Origin: Tubiluchus corallicola
Taxonomy: Eukaryota; Animalia; Priapulida
DNA: 64,000 nt
Direction: 5' to 3'
Assembly: GCA_030141605.1 (NCBI GenBank)
Contig: JAQGDQ010000018.1
Location: 868,001 to 932,000 of the forward strand
Shown here: one piece after another, positions 50,301 to 62,426 of the stretch
How the letters are laid out: every line of letters starts with the position of its first letter
Numbering within the stretch: position 1 is the stretch's first letter
The notes under the pieces: model-generated
What the model was told of the DNA's origin: nothing
Seen by the model: the letters and a program-made list of their open reading frames with translations, nothing else
Database searches by the model: none
Made by a program: the position numbers and the translations under genes

Positions 50301-53300
50301 TGTTACAATTTTATGTATTGAAAACTGTAAAGATTACCACTCTTTGTCAGATGCATTGTCTAAGCAACACAAGGCAATCTGGCAATGAAACATTTCAAAA
50401 GCAGAAATGACCAGAAAACAGGAAATTAACTACGGTGCAATAACAAAGCAGCCCAGCACGAAATACCAGTGACGCCATGCTAAAACTTTTGTACACTGAA
50501 CCTCGTTACTAATATTCTTTTTAACTATCACACATAGTGCACAGAAGAAGGTATGGACAAAACTATGATTTAAGCCTTCAGCAATGCTTTAGGTTTAATT
50601 TTCAAATGAGTCTGGCACAATTCTTGACATGCTATGCATCTAAAATCTCATAACTCTAACATAGTTATTTCATTTAATAATGTTTTAACAAAATACAGGT
50701 CATAATATCTTCTGCAAATTAGATTCTGACAAACTTACTGTCAACTATCATAATTCATCATTTTATGAACATTTTGACTAAACAAACTAAACATGTTAAT
50801 AAAAACTAGCAAGGCACTGTGAAAAAATTTTGTGTCAAGATGTAACTGTGTAGAACTATAACATGACAACTGACTATTGGATCTACTTGTCAATGAATAA
50901 TAATTCATAAATAAGTTTTGCTTGAGCAGAAACAATGGCTATCAAAAATCTGACTGCAAAGCAATATACGACCTGCATTTCTTAGTAGGAAATCATGAAA
51001 TTCAAATAAAAAAATTACGCCATTGAAATTTTCTTATGTGCAAGAGCTTTTTAAACAAAAGTTTTACACCTTATACTGTTTCTGCCTAGTTTATACAGTG
51101 TGCTTTCTTTTCAAGACTCCCAAATAGCTTAAAAGTGAATTACTTCTGGAAGCTATTTGTGTAAAGTTTTACAAAATTCAAACACAAAGACTGACCTAGT
51201 ATGACAATAGGAATATTTAATTATTTAACTAATTGTATCATAGTATATGTATGTCTATCATAGTATATGCATATGTACACACCTGCACGCACTCACACGC
51301 ACGCACACACACATACACACACACACAATGGCATTGTGGATATAGTACTGTAGATATATGATATATGATATGTATTCCACAATACTTCTACGCGCTGCTT
51401 ATTGACACATATCTGCAATATCGTCACTAGTCAACATGCACCAGCATGTAAAAAAAGCTGCTATAAATCATGCAAAATCTTTTTCAGTGGGTTGTTTTAT
51501 AATAATAACAATAACTTACTAAAGTTCACTGATTTTTCTTGTTGTTGATATGAAGAACTTTGAAGTAACCTGTTCATCACTTTTACTCCAGAAAGTATTT
51601 CTAGCACTGTGCGAACAATGTGACTTGCATACGGATTATTTATGTGTTCCCATAAATTTTCGAGCAGTGAGTCACAGATCGATAAAATAGTCTGCATTTA
51701 AAAAACACATGTCATAAGCAGTGAATAATAAAGTTAATTCATTTTCTGTATACGTAGTAGGAGGTACAAATAGTTGAAAATATCTACTGACTGCTACATG
51801 ACATCAGGATAAACCACCATAAAATATTGCCTATAAGAAATATGCATAGAAAACATTACCCCAGCTGTCATAGCTAAACAGTAATTTCCAGTGAAGCCTT
51901 CCATACTTAAAAAATAATGCAAGCAACCGACGATTATAAAAAAACACAAGTAAATTATTGTTGCTCACACAAAAGTTTTGCAGAGGACAGGGAGACCTTT
52001 CAGTTTACAGGTTAAATGAAATAATAGCAAAATACAAGCTTATTCATTTTTAATTAACTATTTTATACTATACTGCCATAACGACAGAATAATACTAATT
52101 AGCCAGGTATTTGGTTACTAATCTAATTACTAACTGTATCTAATTACTTTTATGCAGTTAAACATGTGTCATCACTGCCCTGTATGGTAAACTTTCTTTA
52201 GCAAATTTAGCAAAACTTTTTTTGTCATCAACACCTACAAAAAGAACCTGTATCTAGATTCATGACTTAAATTCCATGAAGAAATTATAAGTGATAGTGC
52301 AGGACTGACAGTCTGTAATAGTTTTTGCCACATGAAGTAAAACAATTTTTTTGATTAATTTTTAACTACACCAAAACAATCTGTTAAGTGAATGTGCATG
52401 GTTACCTTTATCAAAGAATTTGCAACTGATCGGTCTGCAGTCAATGTATAAAGTGCCGTAGCAGCTGAGCTAAGGGCAGTTTGTGTAACATGACTAGCAA
52501 ATCTGTCAGAAAAAGCAATTGCCGGATTCCTAGAAAGGCCTGACAAAAACCTGAAAATATAATGTCCTGAACTTAAAATAGCTCATACAATAAAATTTTA
52601 CCATTATCTTACATAATAGTCAAACAAAATGCTAGTGCAACATGGTATCTCATAATTTTTAGTACATTACTGTCAAAAGTTTTAATGTTGCAATTTTGTG
52701 CACGTCGTCATCACTTGTAAAAATGCACTATTACAGCATGCAAATTTTTAAGACTAATGTATTTGATTTGGTGCAAATAGTTACTTACAAATGTAAATGT
52801 AAATCATATATCTCTGATCTGTTAAAAATAGTGATGTAATATCAAATCCAAATTACTGATATCACTAATGGTAAATTTTAAACAGTAGGAAAAAACTTTA
52901 TTTATGCATAAGGTGAATCATAAAATGTCAAAAAATGCAATACTCACACAGATACTTGGCTTGCTTTTGCTAGTTTGAGTATCTTTTCAAGAACACTACT
53001 AATGAGCTGATTTTGACTCAGCTCAAGTTCTTCGTTTTCAGTTCCATCAAGAACATTGCTAATAAATATCTCTGGAAAATACGTGCAGAATTAAAAAGTA
53101 GTAATGGCAGCTATGATGAGCCACTCAACCAAGAAATGTGGATCAGCTAATCTGAGAAAGTGAATGATAATTTAAATAGACAGTTTGATGCCCAAGAAAT
53201 TTTGAAATGAACTAAGTTTTCTGTAACATTAACATAACACAGGCCAACCTTAGTACTTGGAAGAAATTTTTTTTCTCAAATTAAACATTGTACTTGCTTA

Positions 53301-54726
53301 CTTTTTAAAACTTCTTTGATGCTGAAAAGTTTTTAGGATTTCAAGTATGGATTTAAGTAATAAATATAACCCGTTAGGGTCTCTATACGATTTTTCATGT
53401 TACATCAGTGGTTTATTGGCTCCACTTCACTTTATTTAAATGAGTTAATGGTAGCTGTTAATTCTACAGAGTGGGCATAGCAAAAACCAAGAAATTCTCT
53501 ATTATTGGGACATAGTAAAGCTCCCACTTTTTACTATTGCATTTCAGTTCCATCATTCAAAGGATTGGAGCAGGATTTCGAGGGGCATGAAGTTGATGGA
53601 AGCACGGTGAACCAGTATATATTATTACTGTTGGGCGCTGAGTAACCCACTAGCCTAAGTAGGACAATTGCCGTACATGGGCTAGCTGAAATAGGACGCG
53701 TCGTACATGGGCTAGCCCAAATAGGATGTGTCATACATGGGCTGCCCAAGTAAGACACTAGAGACAGGTCGCGAATTGAGTTGTTTAGCATACTGGCACC
53801 ATCCGTTGTCCTTTTTTATGTAATAATAACAATAATTAAAAACGTCAATACACATCAAATAATTTATTATAAAATTATTCTGATGAAATAAAAGAATTTT
53901 ATTCTGAGCTGGTTGAACAGACAGTATTAAATTTGGCTTCGATATTAATGTTGTTGAAGTGAAATAAACCCACTTTTTAGGCGATTTCAACATTTGTTTA
54001 AGGTACATCATTTTTATTTCGTCTCGCTTCACAGACATCCGGGTGATCCGTTTCATTACTTCTTGGACAAATAATTGTTTTCTCCTAAGTAAACGTGCTA
54101 GCGACCTATGTGCCCTACATGCGCTAGCGAGCCATGTACGACTGTACCCTAGATGTTACAATACTATTCATATTATTGTCTTTGCTTTTTCTAAGAAGTA
54201 AAAAATTACATTTTCATGTTGTGAAGGTTTAGCAGTATCTGTCTTATTTTTAAACTTGCAATTATTTCTGTAATAACTGTGTGTATAGTTTCTTTCTTTA
54301 AAGCATTAGATACTTGGTTTAATGTTATGATGATTTCAATGGAGCTAATATAGTAATAATACTGATGATACTATTGTAAATTTTGTAAATTATCATCCAT
54401 CATTATTATAATATAAAGTTACTTTTTCTGTAAAACAAATTCAGTTTTATGTTTTAAACTTTTATCATAATTCTCAATTCTCCTCAAAAATCGCTAGTGC
54501 CCTACTTCGGCTTCTCATGTACGACACTGCTTTTCCGCAAATTTAGCACATGCGTTTTACCGGAAGTGTCCTATTTCGGCTAATGGGTTAGTCAACACCC
54601 TATATTACCTTTTAATTCAGCAGAAGCAAACGATTCGACATCATCAAGTTGATGATTGACTTCAGAATAATAGGTAAACACTGAATTGTCTAGCAATGTA
54701 CGTTCTCTCATACGTACTGATTTCAT
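41095..54726 (-). CDS. NOP9: Nucleolar protein 9 (Pumilio/PUF-repeat pre-rRNA processing factor), 13 exons, about 674 aa
   Basis: Exons in transcript order: 54726-54609, 53071-52948, 52550-52406, 51691-51520, 49388-49302, 47450-47324, 47163-46968, 46353-46225, 45501-45364, 45065-44844, 44402-44266, 43708-43569, 41384-41095 (2025 nt, all phases consistent). PUF-like motifs DRFASHV.QT, PYASHIVRT, SSHVVQ, HQIGNFVVQ, LHGSVLVQHLL, DQSGSHIIDAF, DKYGSRCLENIW, and RRQDW near the C-terminus. Confidence 0.9.
43569..43708 (-). CDS. NOP9: NOP9 exon
   Basis: FGCHAVRNFALNHFLHRRQDWEAV...KQKLFYDIL. Confidence 0.9.
44266..44402 (-). CDS. NOP9: NOP9 exon
   Basis: GCYVHIAQDKYGSRCLENIWNCATIKQKICIATEL. Confidence 0.92.
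44844..45065 (-). CDS. NOP9: NOP9 exon
   Basis: ITLHGSVLVQHLLTF...CDQSGSHIIDAFMKS. Confidence 0.92.
45364..45501 (-). CDS. NOP9: NOP9 exon
   Basis: HLMKAFHCDEPESRIYLVQLLATLTTYDVY. Confidence 0.88.
46225..46353 (-). CDS. NOP9: NOP9 exon
   Basis: IFDDLVDILEAILAENHLGVITSLAEAC..RQKKFL. Confidence 0.88.
46968..47163 (-). CDS. NOP9: NOP9 exon
   Basis: DSISSHVVQCLI...LTLHQIGNFVVQTLI. Confidence 0.9.
47324..47450 (-). CDS. NOP9: NOP9 exon
   Basis: SATVSPVIQTLLHVLHKSNEEKCQEIC. Confidence 0.85.
47912..49210. repeat. Direct repeat of 288 bp (47912-48199 and 48645-48932) associated with a diverged palindrome (about 48230-49210)
   Basis: The direct copies appear identical; 48230-48655 is a degenerate reverse complement of about 48680-49210. 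Confidence 0.85.
49302..49388 (-). CDS. NOP9: NOP9 exon
   Basis: EANAAPPKEFKQALDQFVTELSLPDLLQ; phase 1 to 1. Confidence 0.78.
51278..51327. repeat. Imperfect (CA)n microsatellite
   Basis: Direct read. Confidence 0.8.
51520..51691 (-). CDS. NOP9: NOP9 exon
   Basis: LLENLWEHINNPYASHIVRTVLEILSG. Confidence 0.9.
52406..52550 (-). CDS. NOP9: NOP9 exon
   Basis: FLSGLSRNPAIAFSDRFASHVTQTAL. Confidence 0.88.
52948..53071 (-). CDS. NOP9: NOP9 exon
   Basis: IFISNVLDGTENEELELSQNQLISSVLEKIL; ttccag| and |gtgagt. Confidence 0.85.
53633..54600. mobile_element. Non-autonomous TIR DNA transposon (about 970 bp) with subterminal ~30-bp repeats
   Basis: Left end gggcgctgagtaacccactagcctaagtaggaca matches the reverse complement of the right end (gggtgttgactaacccattagccgaaataggaca); gtacatgggctagc-type units recur three times on the left and inverted on the right. 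No clear TSD. Confidence 0.65.
54609..54726 (-). CDS. NOP9: NOP9 first visible coding exon
   Basis: MKSVRMRERTLLDNSVFTYYSEVNHQLDDVESFASAELK|gtaata. An acceptor-like gcacag just upstream suggests a further 5' exon is possible. Confidence 0.72.
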
Positions 54727-55059
54727 TTCACGGTCTGTGCAGTGTTTAATATAATTAACACAATAAATTTCATGTCAATTTATTATTATTATATCAACAT
54801 GAGGTGTGTGGAAGGAATCAGGAAACAATACAAACACTGGCATCATGATAGACAACTGTCATACTGTTTGCCAATATCTTCTGTTAAGAAATTTCGAAAC
54901 AAAAACGCATCATTCCGCATATTACTTCAGCACTGTTCTACATGTTATTTGCTGATGATTGAGCAACGAGTTGAATACGGCAAGAAACACTAAGCACGTT
55001 ATTCCTTCAAGATTCTGTTTAGTTTTGACACTTTGGAATTTTGTAGTGTTTGTAACAGC

Positions 55060-55440
55060 GTCATCATTCAATGAACCATACGTCCAGTGACATGATTCTG
55101 TTCACATCTTTATGCCAGGACTCGCTGCAATGTCCCAAGTTCATTTATCATTGAGGATCAATTCTGAAGTGTTTAAATATTTCTGTGCAAAATCTAAATG
55201 ATTTTTTATCTTAACATTTGCCCCCCTGCAGGTTTTCTAGATCTTCCCTGGATTATCAACAGGCAGTCTAAGCATATGCCCATCACATCGTAGACGGCAT
55301 CTTTCTATTTTTGCTGTCCAAGGTTCTGCTTTCTTTTTTCAATACAGATCTTTATTTGAGATTTTCTTTGGCTATCTGATACCCAAAATGATTCTATTCT
55401 TTCGCATTTGAAAAGATCAGTTTCAGTTTTATGACTTTTT
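55060..55440 (-). mobile_element. Decayed RTE-clade LINE 3' end
   Basis: Minus strand KIERCRLRCDGHMLRLPVDNPGK resembles RTE 'RRLRW.GHVLRMP....PK'. Confidence 0.5.
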
Positions 55441-56464
55441 CAACTAAGGTTGAGAATATTCTAATTTTTATTTCCTAACAAAACTTGTTACTTTCAAAAG
55501 CTTTTGCGAGTCTTAGTGGTCCACTCCAGTTTCAGCAATATTATTTATTATGCCTGCAACTGCATTATGAAGCTTAGTAATGCTACGTTTTAGTATCTCT
55601 GCAGTGAGATTGTTAATTTGAAAACATCAATTGCCTACAGAGATTTTATTACTTAAAATTTTTTGTCTGTTGTAAAAGGTTCCAAATTTGCAGTTGGTGA
55701 AATATGTCCCAATGCTTCTTATAAAATTCCCAAATTCAATAAAAAGAATTCTTAAAAGAATTGGTAATTAGTTTAGCTTTTTGGAGCTTTCAATATCTAA
55801 TATATGAGACATATCTATTATATCCACCATGATAACACTGAAGAATTGAAAAACTTGGGGATAATATTTTACGGAGAAACAATGCATGCATATGCTGAAA
55901 ACAGGGTCAGATGTGATGGAAGATTATTGAGCAAAGGAGACTGTGGGAGGCAGAGTTAATGATAAAAGCAAGAGTGTGTGTGCAGTTGAATTGAATGGTA
56001 AAAACCTGTTTAAATGGAAAAGCAATGATGGTATGAGAATTTGTGTATGTACCATTTGAGCATGTTCTACTGTATTGTGAATTACTTGAAATTGAAAGGA
56101 ATAATGTAAATGGGAATGACATAAATGAGAGTGAACGATTAGGTCGGTTTTTGTTTTGTGATGGTACAAAGGAAGGACAAATTGTCCTGGGTGAAGTTAT
56201 GAAAAAAAAGATGGCAGTCAACAAAGAAAACTTCAACAATATCTACAGGATGGTCGAGTGGAGGAATCTCTTGCCATGTTAAAAAGTTTTGAGACCTACG
56301 TTTGAGACATAAGGATGAAAATGAAGAAATCCACGGCGAGATGATGCTTGCAAGATATCCCATATTCACAAGCGCTGCTCAGGTCCTGAGTTGTCCTTTC
56401 GTTGTCAGGTTAAGTGTTCCGATGCTTTCATCGTTTCTCGAGAGTAAAACTCCAGTTAAATGAC

Positions 56465-56606
56465 TTAAATCTGTCTGCATTTCTCCGCTGTGAAGATTGG
56501 CGAGTTAATTAATATAATGTAAGTGTCAATTTAAATCTGTCTGCATTTCTCCACTGTGAAGACCTGACGAGTTAATTAATATTAATAATAATATAATGTG
56601 TCAATT
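56465..56606. repeat. Tandem duplication, two units of about 66-76 bp
   Basis: ttaaatctgtctgcatttctcc.ctgtgaaga...gagttaattaatat repeated. Confidence 0.8.
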
Positions 56607-57129
56607 CTCTATTTACATCAAATTTGCTTCATCCATCATTCATTGTCCAGTGTCTGGTTCTCTGATATCAATGTGAGCAGTCAATACTGCTACATGTATT
56701 TGGCTCAAATAAGTCCTGTATCTTGACTTTTCATTATATCAACATTATAACATATATGTATTTATTATGTCTTTATGTCCTTGATATTTATGTTCAAATT
56801 TAAACCTAAATCCCAATAGTTTTATCTTAATGCACTCACCATTCCTTTACTTACTGAAGCAACTTGGTATGCTCCATCTGTAAACTTCATGCTCTATTTA
56901 TCACACCTTATTCTGAAATCTTCGTCAAGATAATTGCGCATATCACTGATACACACAGTAATAGCAACATTTCTTACAGGGTGGTTGACTTTGGTAACTT
57001 TTAGTTTTTCGCCACCCTTTCACCAATCAATTGAATATCATTAACTCATATAATTTACTCATTTAATAATCTTGTCACTTTGTATTATACTATCTTATTA
57101 TCGTTTCATGCTTTGTGTTTTTCTTGTAA

Positions 57130-57800
57130 AAAAAGGTGATAAATAAAGATACTTACTTATATCACTACTGTTACCATCTCAAAATAGATACTAAGCTGAT
57201 GGCTTATGTGCACTAAGAACGTTTTTTCTTTAATCAATATTTGGAAGAATATCTCGCACGATCTTCGTGTGAAACTCGTTTCCCACATTTCTTTCATTTT
57301 CATAATACACGTAGTGCAGTAAAATAAGTTGTAAATCCTCCAAGTCCAAGCCACACAAAATCTATCACGTTCAGCTATCTTCAATCTAAATAATGGTTTT
57401 CTAATAATTTCCCTGCTCACTAATTGTGCGTTCACCATATATATATATTGTATAAAAAAATTGTATATATAACTCAGCATTGTACATATTATTCATCCAG
57501 CTTTCAAAATAAGATTGTGGTTTATTATTCAAATACTTACTAGCCGTAGAACATGCTTCAAGTTTTTTCTGCCATAGTTGTTAACATTTTCCTTTGCCTT
57601 TTGTTCAAATAATTGCAACCTTTTAAACTAAGGTTTACACTTAGTTATTTTCTTCAATCCAGCCTATGAAAGTTCTCTTAAAGCAAAGATGTTCCCAAAC
57701 ACTTCTAAACTTGATTCCTCTTCAAAATATGGTGGTAATAAATAAAATACCTGATCCACATAAATAATGTGTTTTAACATTTATTGTAGAAAGTAATAGT
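57130..57800 (-). mobile_element. Decayed LINE C-terminal zinc-finger region (RTEX-like)
   Basis: ERDRFCV, then frameshifted CGLDLEDLQLILLHYVYYENER, resembles C..C....ED..HF.L.C..Y...R. Confidence 0.45.
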
Positions 57801-59809
57801 TTTAACAGAAAATATTTTCCAGAATCTTTCATCCCGTATTGTGCTCTATCTTCTAGTTAAGTAATTATGTAATCAGTAATATATATGATGCATACAGCAA
57901 ATTCAAGGAAGTGTGCCACACCAGCTAGGGCTACTACAGCCCTCCCCTTCCAACAGATTTTTTTCTCACAAATTCAATACACCATGTTGAAGGAACGCAG
58001 GTACTATCTATGCAGTCATTTATACATGAATTCACTTCTCCAAATTATCTCAAAAAGTGCAACTCTGACTACTTGAGCTATGAAGCAAGCATAATCAATA
58101 TTTATACAACACATTATGATAATTTTTTTACATCAATTCAATACTTTATGCCAGGCTGGGTGTTGGCCACTCCTGCCAGATTGCCACTCAAAGTGCTGAC
58201 AGAACGAATTTTTTCAGTCGGAATAACAAAATAGCTATAATCGGGTTTTGGGGAACAATACATCATCAACAACAATAATAGCAATGACACCAACAACAAC
58301 ACACAAGCCCACCACAAGTAAACACAAAAAACAATAAACAGTTATTATACCTGCACTAAAAAGAACTAAAGGGATGGGAAGCACAAAAACAATAGTCAGA
58401 TAAAAACACCTCTGGTCGCAAGATAATGATCAAATGTCAAAGTCAAAAACTGTAAATTTGGATTCCTAATTCCCTCTCCCACCCGACTAGGACAAGCAAA
58501 CCTCCACCTCCTCGAACATGTACCCTACTTCATTGTGTTCTATTGTGATCATTGTGATCTAAAGAATACTTAAGTCTTGGGAACATCGGTTCAGATTGAA
58601 AAGGCCAAAAACAAAAGGTCTCAGAAAGCTAAATAAATGTAATAAAGAAACTTAGAAAAAATTGAAACTAAAAATTGAATTGAAACGTATATATACAACA
58701 AACAAGTTTTTGCTTACATAACCACATATTCCCGTAATTATACACATTCTAAATAGTGCTAGAAACCTAAATACCTCTTTCGCAAGGTGTTTCTGCTTTC
58801 TGTTAATAAGTATAACCCTAGTATGCATTACAGATGCTATAGCATTATTGATGATTTGGACATGCCAAATCCTAGCTCATGTATGTGTTCCTCATTGGGT
58901 CTACCTGTTATAATTATGTGCTTTCATTGTCAGCTATTCAGTCTGCATTGTCTATTATCCAAATGGATGAAGCAAGCAGTTGGGGGCAAAAAATAGCTGA
59001 ATTGTTATGAATTATTTTAGGCCTAGTTACTAAATGGATGGGTGACGTCCAAGAATATGAAAACTGTTTTGTGTTTTTTTTTAATGCCTGTGGTACTAAA
59101 TGGACTGGTAACCCCCAAGAACAGGAAAATTGTTTTGTGGTAATTTTACTGCTTCTGGCTACTTATTTTGTTGAGGGATGATGTATACTCTTCCATAAGT
59201 GAATAAATCCATCTCTGCTGGTTTAGTATATCGATCATGAACCACTTGCAATGTAATAAGTATATGCCACTGAGTGTTGGATATCTGCTTCTATTGCACA
59301 TTTGTGCCCTAAGGTCACTGCAAAAACTTGAGAGCTCAAATGCTTGAGAAAGTTTAACAACAATAAGATTTTCACCTCTTTTTTATACCATGTGGAAGGT
59401 GCACATGCCATTGATCATTGGTGGGTAGATAGCACTAGTAGTTGAAAGCCCAGCAGTTACGTAACCACTCCAAATGACTAATGTCCAATAACTGAGATTA
59501 TCATTCATCAGATTATTGTCTATCCTCGGTGTATACCCTGCCAGTTTCATGGCTGTAGACTTCTGTAGTTCCGAATTAATATGAATTAAAGTGGATGCGT
59601 AAGAAACTTCAACGCCAAATATAAATAATGACTATAAGAAATCATTAAGTGGGCTCTTTTAGATCCGCAATTTTCGCAAATAAGGATTACACCAAATTCC
59701 AACAGGAACTTTGTAATTAGCGATTTCCAAGTAGTAGTAGTTTTTCTAATTTCCTTAAGTTTTTGCCAACAATAAACGTTAATTTTTGAACTTCATTTCA
59801 GCCCAAAAC

Positions 59810-60481
59810 ATGGTTGCTAACAGGTCGTCACGAACTGCTATTCATACTGCAATATTTGGCTTTTATGCTTATGCACTGTACTATGATGTGTACACACTGA
59901 CTGCAATAATGCCTCATCGCACAAACTATGGTGGACGTTACAAATACCTTACTCAGTGGAATTTTATGATACAAACTTTTTTCTTTGGTTTATGTTGTTT
60001 GCGCGATTTCTTAAATATTGATTGTCAAAGCAAATTGCACAAATTTTTGGATTTGCTGTTTTCCGTAATAGCATTCCCACTTGGACTATTTGTTGTTGTT
60101 ATATTTTGGGGCTTATGGATAGTTGACAGGGAGCTTATTTATCCCTCTGCTCTGGATAAAATCATTCCCCAATGGATGAACCATGCCTGGCATACATTTG
60201 TATTACCATTCATTATCATAGAAAATTTTATAGTTTATCATCAGTACCCTCGACCAAAGAGAGGAATTCTAGCATTGGCAAGTTTAGCTGGGGTATACGA
60301 AATTTGGTTACTTTGGGTTAAGCATCATGCGGGTCATTGGACTTATCCATTTTTTGAGGTTCTTTCCACACCACAGATTGTTGGATTCTTTGTTATCTGT
60401 AATATCATTATGATATCTTTTTATTTACTAGGAGAAGCTATTACAGGTATAATTTGGGGTACAAAAAGAAAGTCATTGTAA
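59810..60481 (+). CDS. AIG1: Androgen-induced gene 1 / ADTRP (FAR-17a/AIG1 family) multipass membrane hydrolase, 223 aa, intronless CDS
   Basis: YGGRYKYLTQWN, FWGLWIVDRELIYP..LD.IIP.WMNHAWHT, HQYP, G.W.YPF motifs; about 6 hydrophobic segments; aaacATGg start with an acceptor (tttcag) 8 nt upstream. Confidence 0.9.
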   Translation: MVANRSSRTAIHTAIFGFYAYALYYDVYTLTAIMPHRTNYGGRYKYLTQWNFMIQTFFFGLCCLRDFLNIDCQSKLHKFLDLLFSVIAFPLGLFVVVIFWGLWIVDRELIYPSALDKIIPQWMNHAWHTFVLPFIIIENFIVYHQYPRPKRGILALASLAGVYEIWLLWVKHHAGHWTYPFFEVLSTPQIVGFFVICNIIMISFYLLGEAITGIIWGTKRKSL

Positions 60482-60834
60482 AAGCTGCCATTTAAGCCAT
60501 CAGTTTAATTTTAATTACTACACTGACATGTGAAAATGCAACAAAGATTTTAATAGCACTATTTCACAAATTTGGTTTGTTTCACCAGTGATGAAAATAA
60601 AGGTTTAATATGAAAAACACAAGCTTGTGGTACTAGCTGATATATGAACTAGTTTGCTAATCATTAATTGCTTTGATGACATGTAGTTCAAATTTTAAAT
60701 TGGTCTAATGACTGTTGGTGATATATGTGCTTTAGTAGCTTTAGTTATGCTTAATTTAATTTTGAATTTGTTGTGCCTTTGAATTAATTTGTTTTAAGGG
60801 CAATACAGCATATCAGTGATTTCTGTATAATGTA

Positions 60835-61025
60835 CAGTCAAACTTCATTATAATGGCCCCCTTTAGAGTGCCATCCTCAGTTAATGCTCAAATTTTTACC
60901 GAAACAAAGTGTCTGTATTTGTACAGACATGAATGTATTAATGCACCTCGTTATAGTGCCAAACTCGCTATAGCGCAAACGTTTTTCTGGAATCCCTATG
61001 TAGGTGGTATAAAGAAGTTTGACTG
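60835..61025. mobile_element. Tc1/mariner(pogo/Tigger)-type MITE, 191 bp
   Basis: ta|cagtcaaacttc...gaagtttgactg|ta: TIRs with TA target duplication. Confidence 0.8.
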
Positions 61026-62426
61026 TAGTTTTTATCAGTTGCTCTTTTGGTTGTGCAAATTCATGTAATTTAACTTGGTATTTAGCTAAAATTTAAATGG
61101 TGTGCTTCTTCTGTGTACATAGTTGTCTCATGTTAGTAGCAATTGTTGTTCTTACTTTTGTTATCTTTGTTATATAACATTTAAATTTCGTTGTTAGGGC
61201 TGTTTTGTACTGTTTGTCTATACTACATGCTCATTTTTTGTATAATGTGATACACTTTTACTGTGAACCAGGTTTTAGAATTGTAATTAATGTTGATTCA
61301 TTAATTTTATTTATTTTAAATCGGTGGTCAAAAGATTACATTTATGTTTTTGTTATGTGTGATTTATGAACAGTATTACAAATATGTAGTTACGTTTTAT
61401 GTATAAAAGATCAAATTTACTTGTAATGAAAAATTGTTTGGTAAAATAAAACGTAGTTGTGTGAATTGTGTGTCAAGTTGTTTTGGATTTATAATTAACA
61501 TTTTTTCTGTGATTTTGAAAATCACCAAGACCAAAACCAATTAATTTGCTTATAAGATATGAGCTAATTAATTAATGCCATAGATAAAATCCTGACCAGT
61601 GAATATGTTGATGAAATTATGAAGTTCTCTTTCATAATCTGAATGCAAAATCATTTAACGTTTTAGCAGTTGTGAAGCGGTTAATAAAATTACCTTGTTG
61701 ACATACTAATACGAACTGTTTGACCGCAACTGATCCTACTGAGACCTAGCACATTGTTAGTGACATAGAAATTAATAAAAACAGTTTATATGGTTTTTTC
61801 AGTAATTTTTTGCAGCAGATGTTCTTCTGTTGTAGTATAGGCTAACAATAAACTGACTATCGATTACATGATAAAAAAATGATTACAAAATAATTAAAGG
61901 CATATTGGTCAGTAGTTATTATTAGAATACTGATCGACTTGTTGACTGTCGAACTAGATTCAAACCGAATTTCAAGATTTCGAATCCGAAATTGACTTCA
62001 GTTTTAAAGATTTCCAAACAAATTTTCGAATCATTAATGAAAAGCAGTCTTGCAGGGATCATGCATATTGCTTCGTTTTGTTCTGCAGTAAAAATGCTAA
62101 TTTGTTTAAAGATTGTGTACGGAAATCACAGCCAAAAAAATTAAGATAATTCATATTGCATGCTTTATCAAACGTAGTAATGGTAAAAAAAGTGTGTAGT
62201 CGAGTTATGCGAATCCATAATTATAGCTTTTAGTTTCAATCGAATTTAAAAAAATCATTCTAAGCAGTTCAAATAACATTCAATGCTCATTGCTCACCCC
62301 TACTTATAACTAACTATATATTATCTATACGATTTATAAGTCATTTTCAGCGGTTCACTGGCTCCACTTCACCTTTTCAAAGGTGAGCACAACCTATTGA
62401 GTGTGCAAGAGTAGATTATTTTCCAG

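Noticed and set aside
50739-50790. Extra NOP9 exon suggested by a strong gtaagt donor
   Set aside because: Stop codons occur in the required phase with either nearby acceptor.
53671-53760. ~30-bp repeats resembling a CRISPR array
   Set aside because: Head-to-tail units with no unique spacers, no cas genes and a eukaryotic context; they are transposon subterminal repeats.
53712-54056. 114-aa minus-strand ORF as the NOP9 start
   Set aside because: Lies inside the TIR element, shows no NOP9 similarity, and exon 54609-54726 fits both phase and homology.
55907-56369. Cluster of overlapping ORFs on both strands
   Set aside because: No coherent splice pattern or domain; likely a repeat remnant that I cannot classify.
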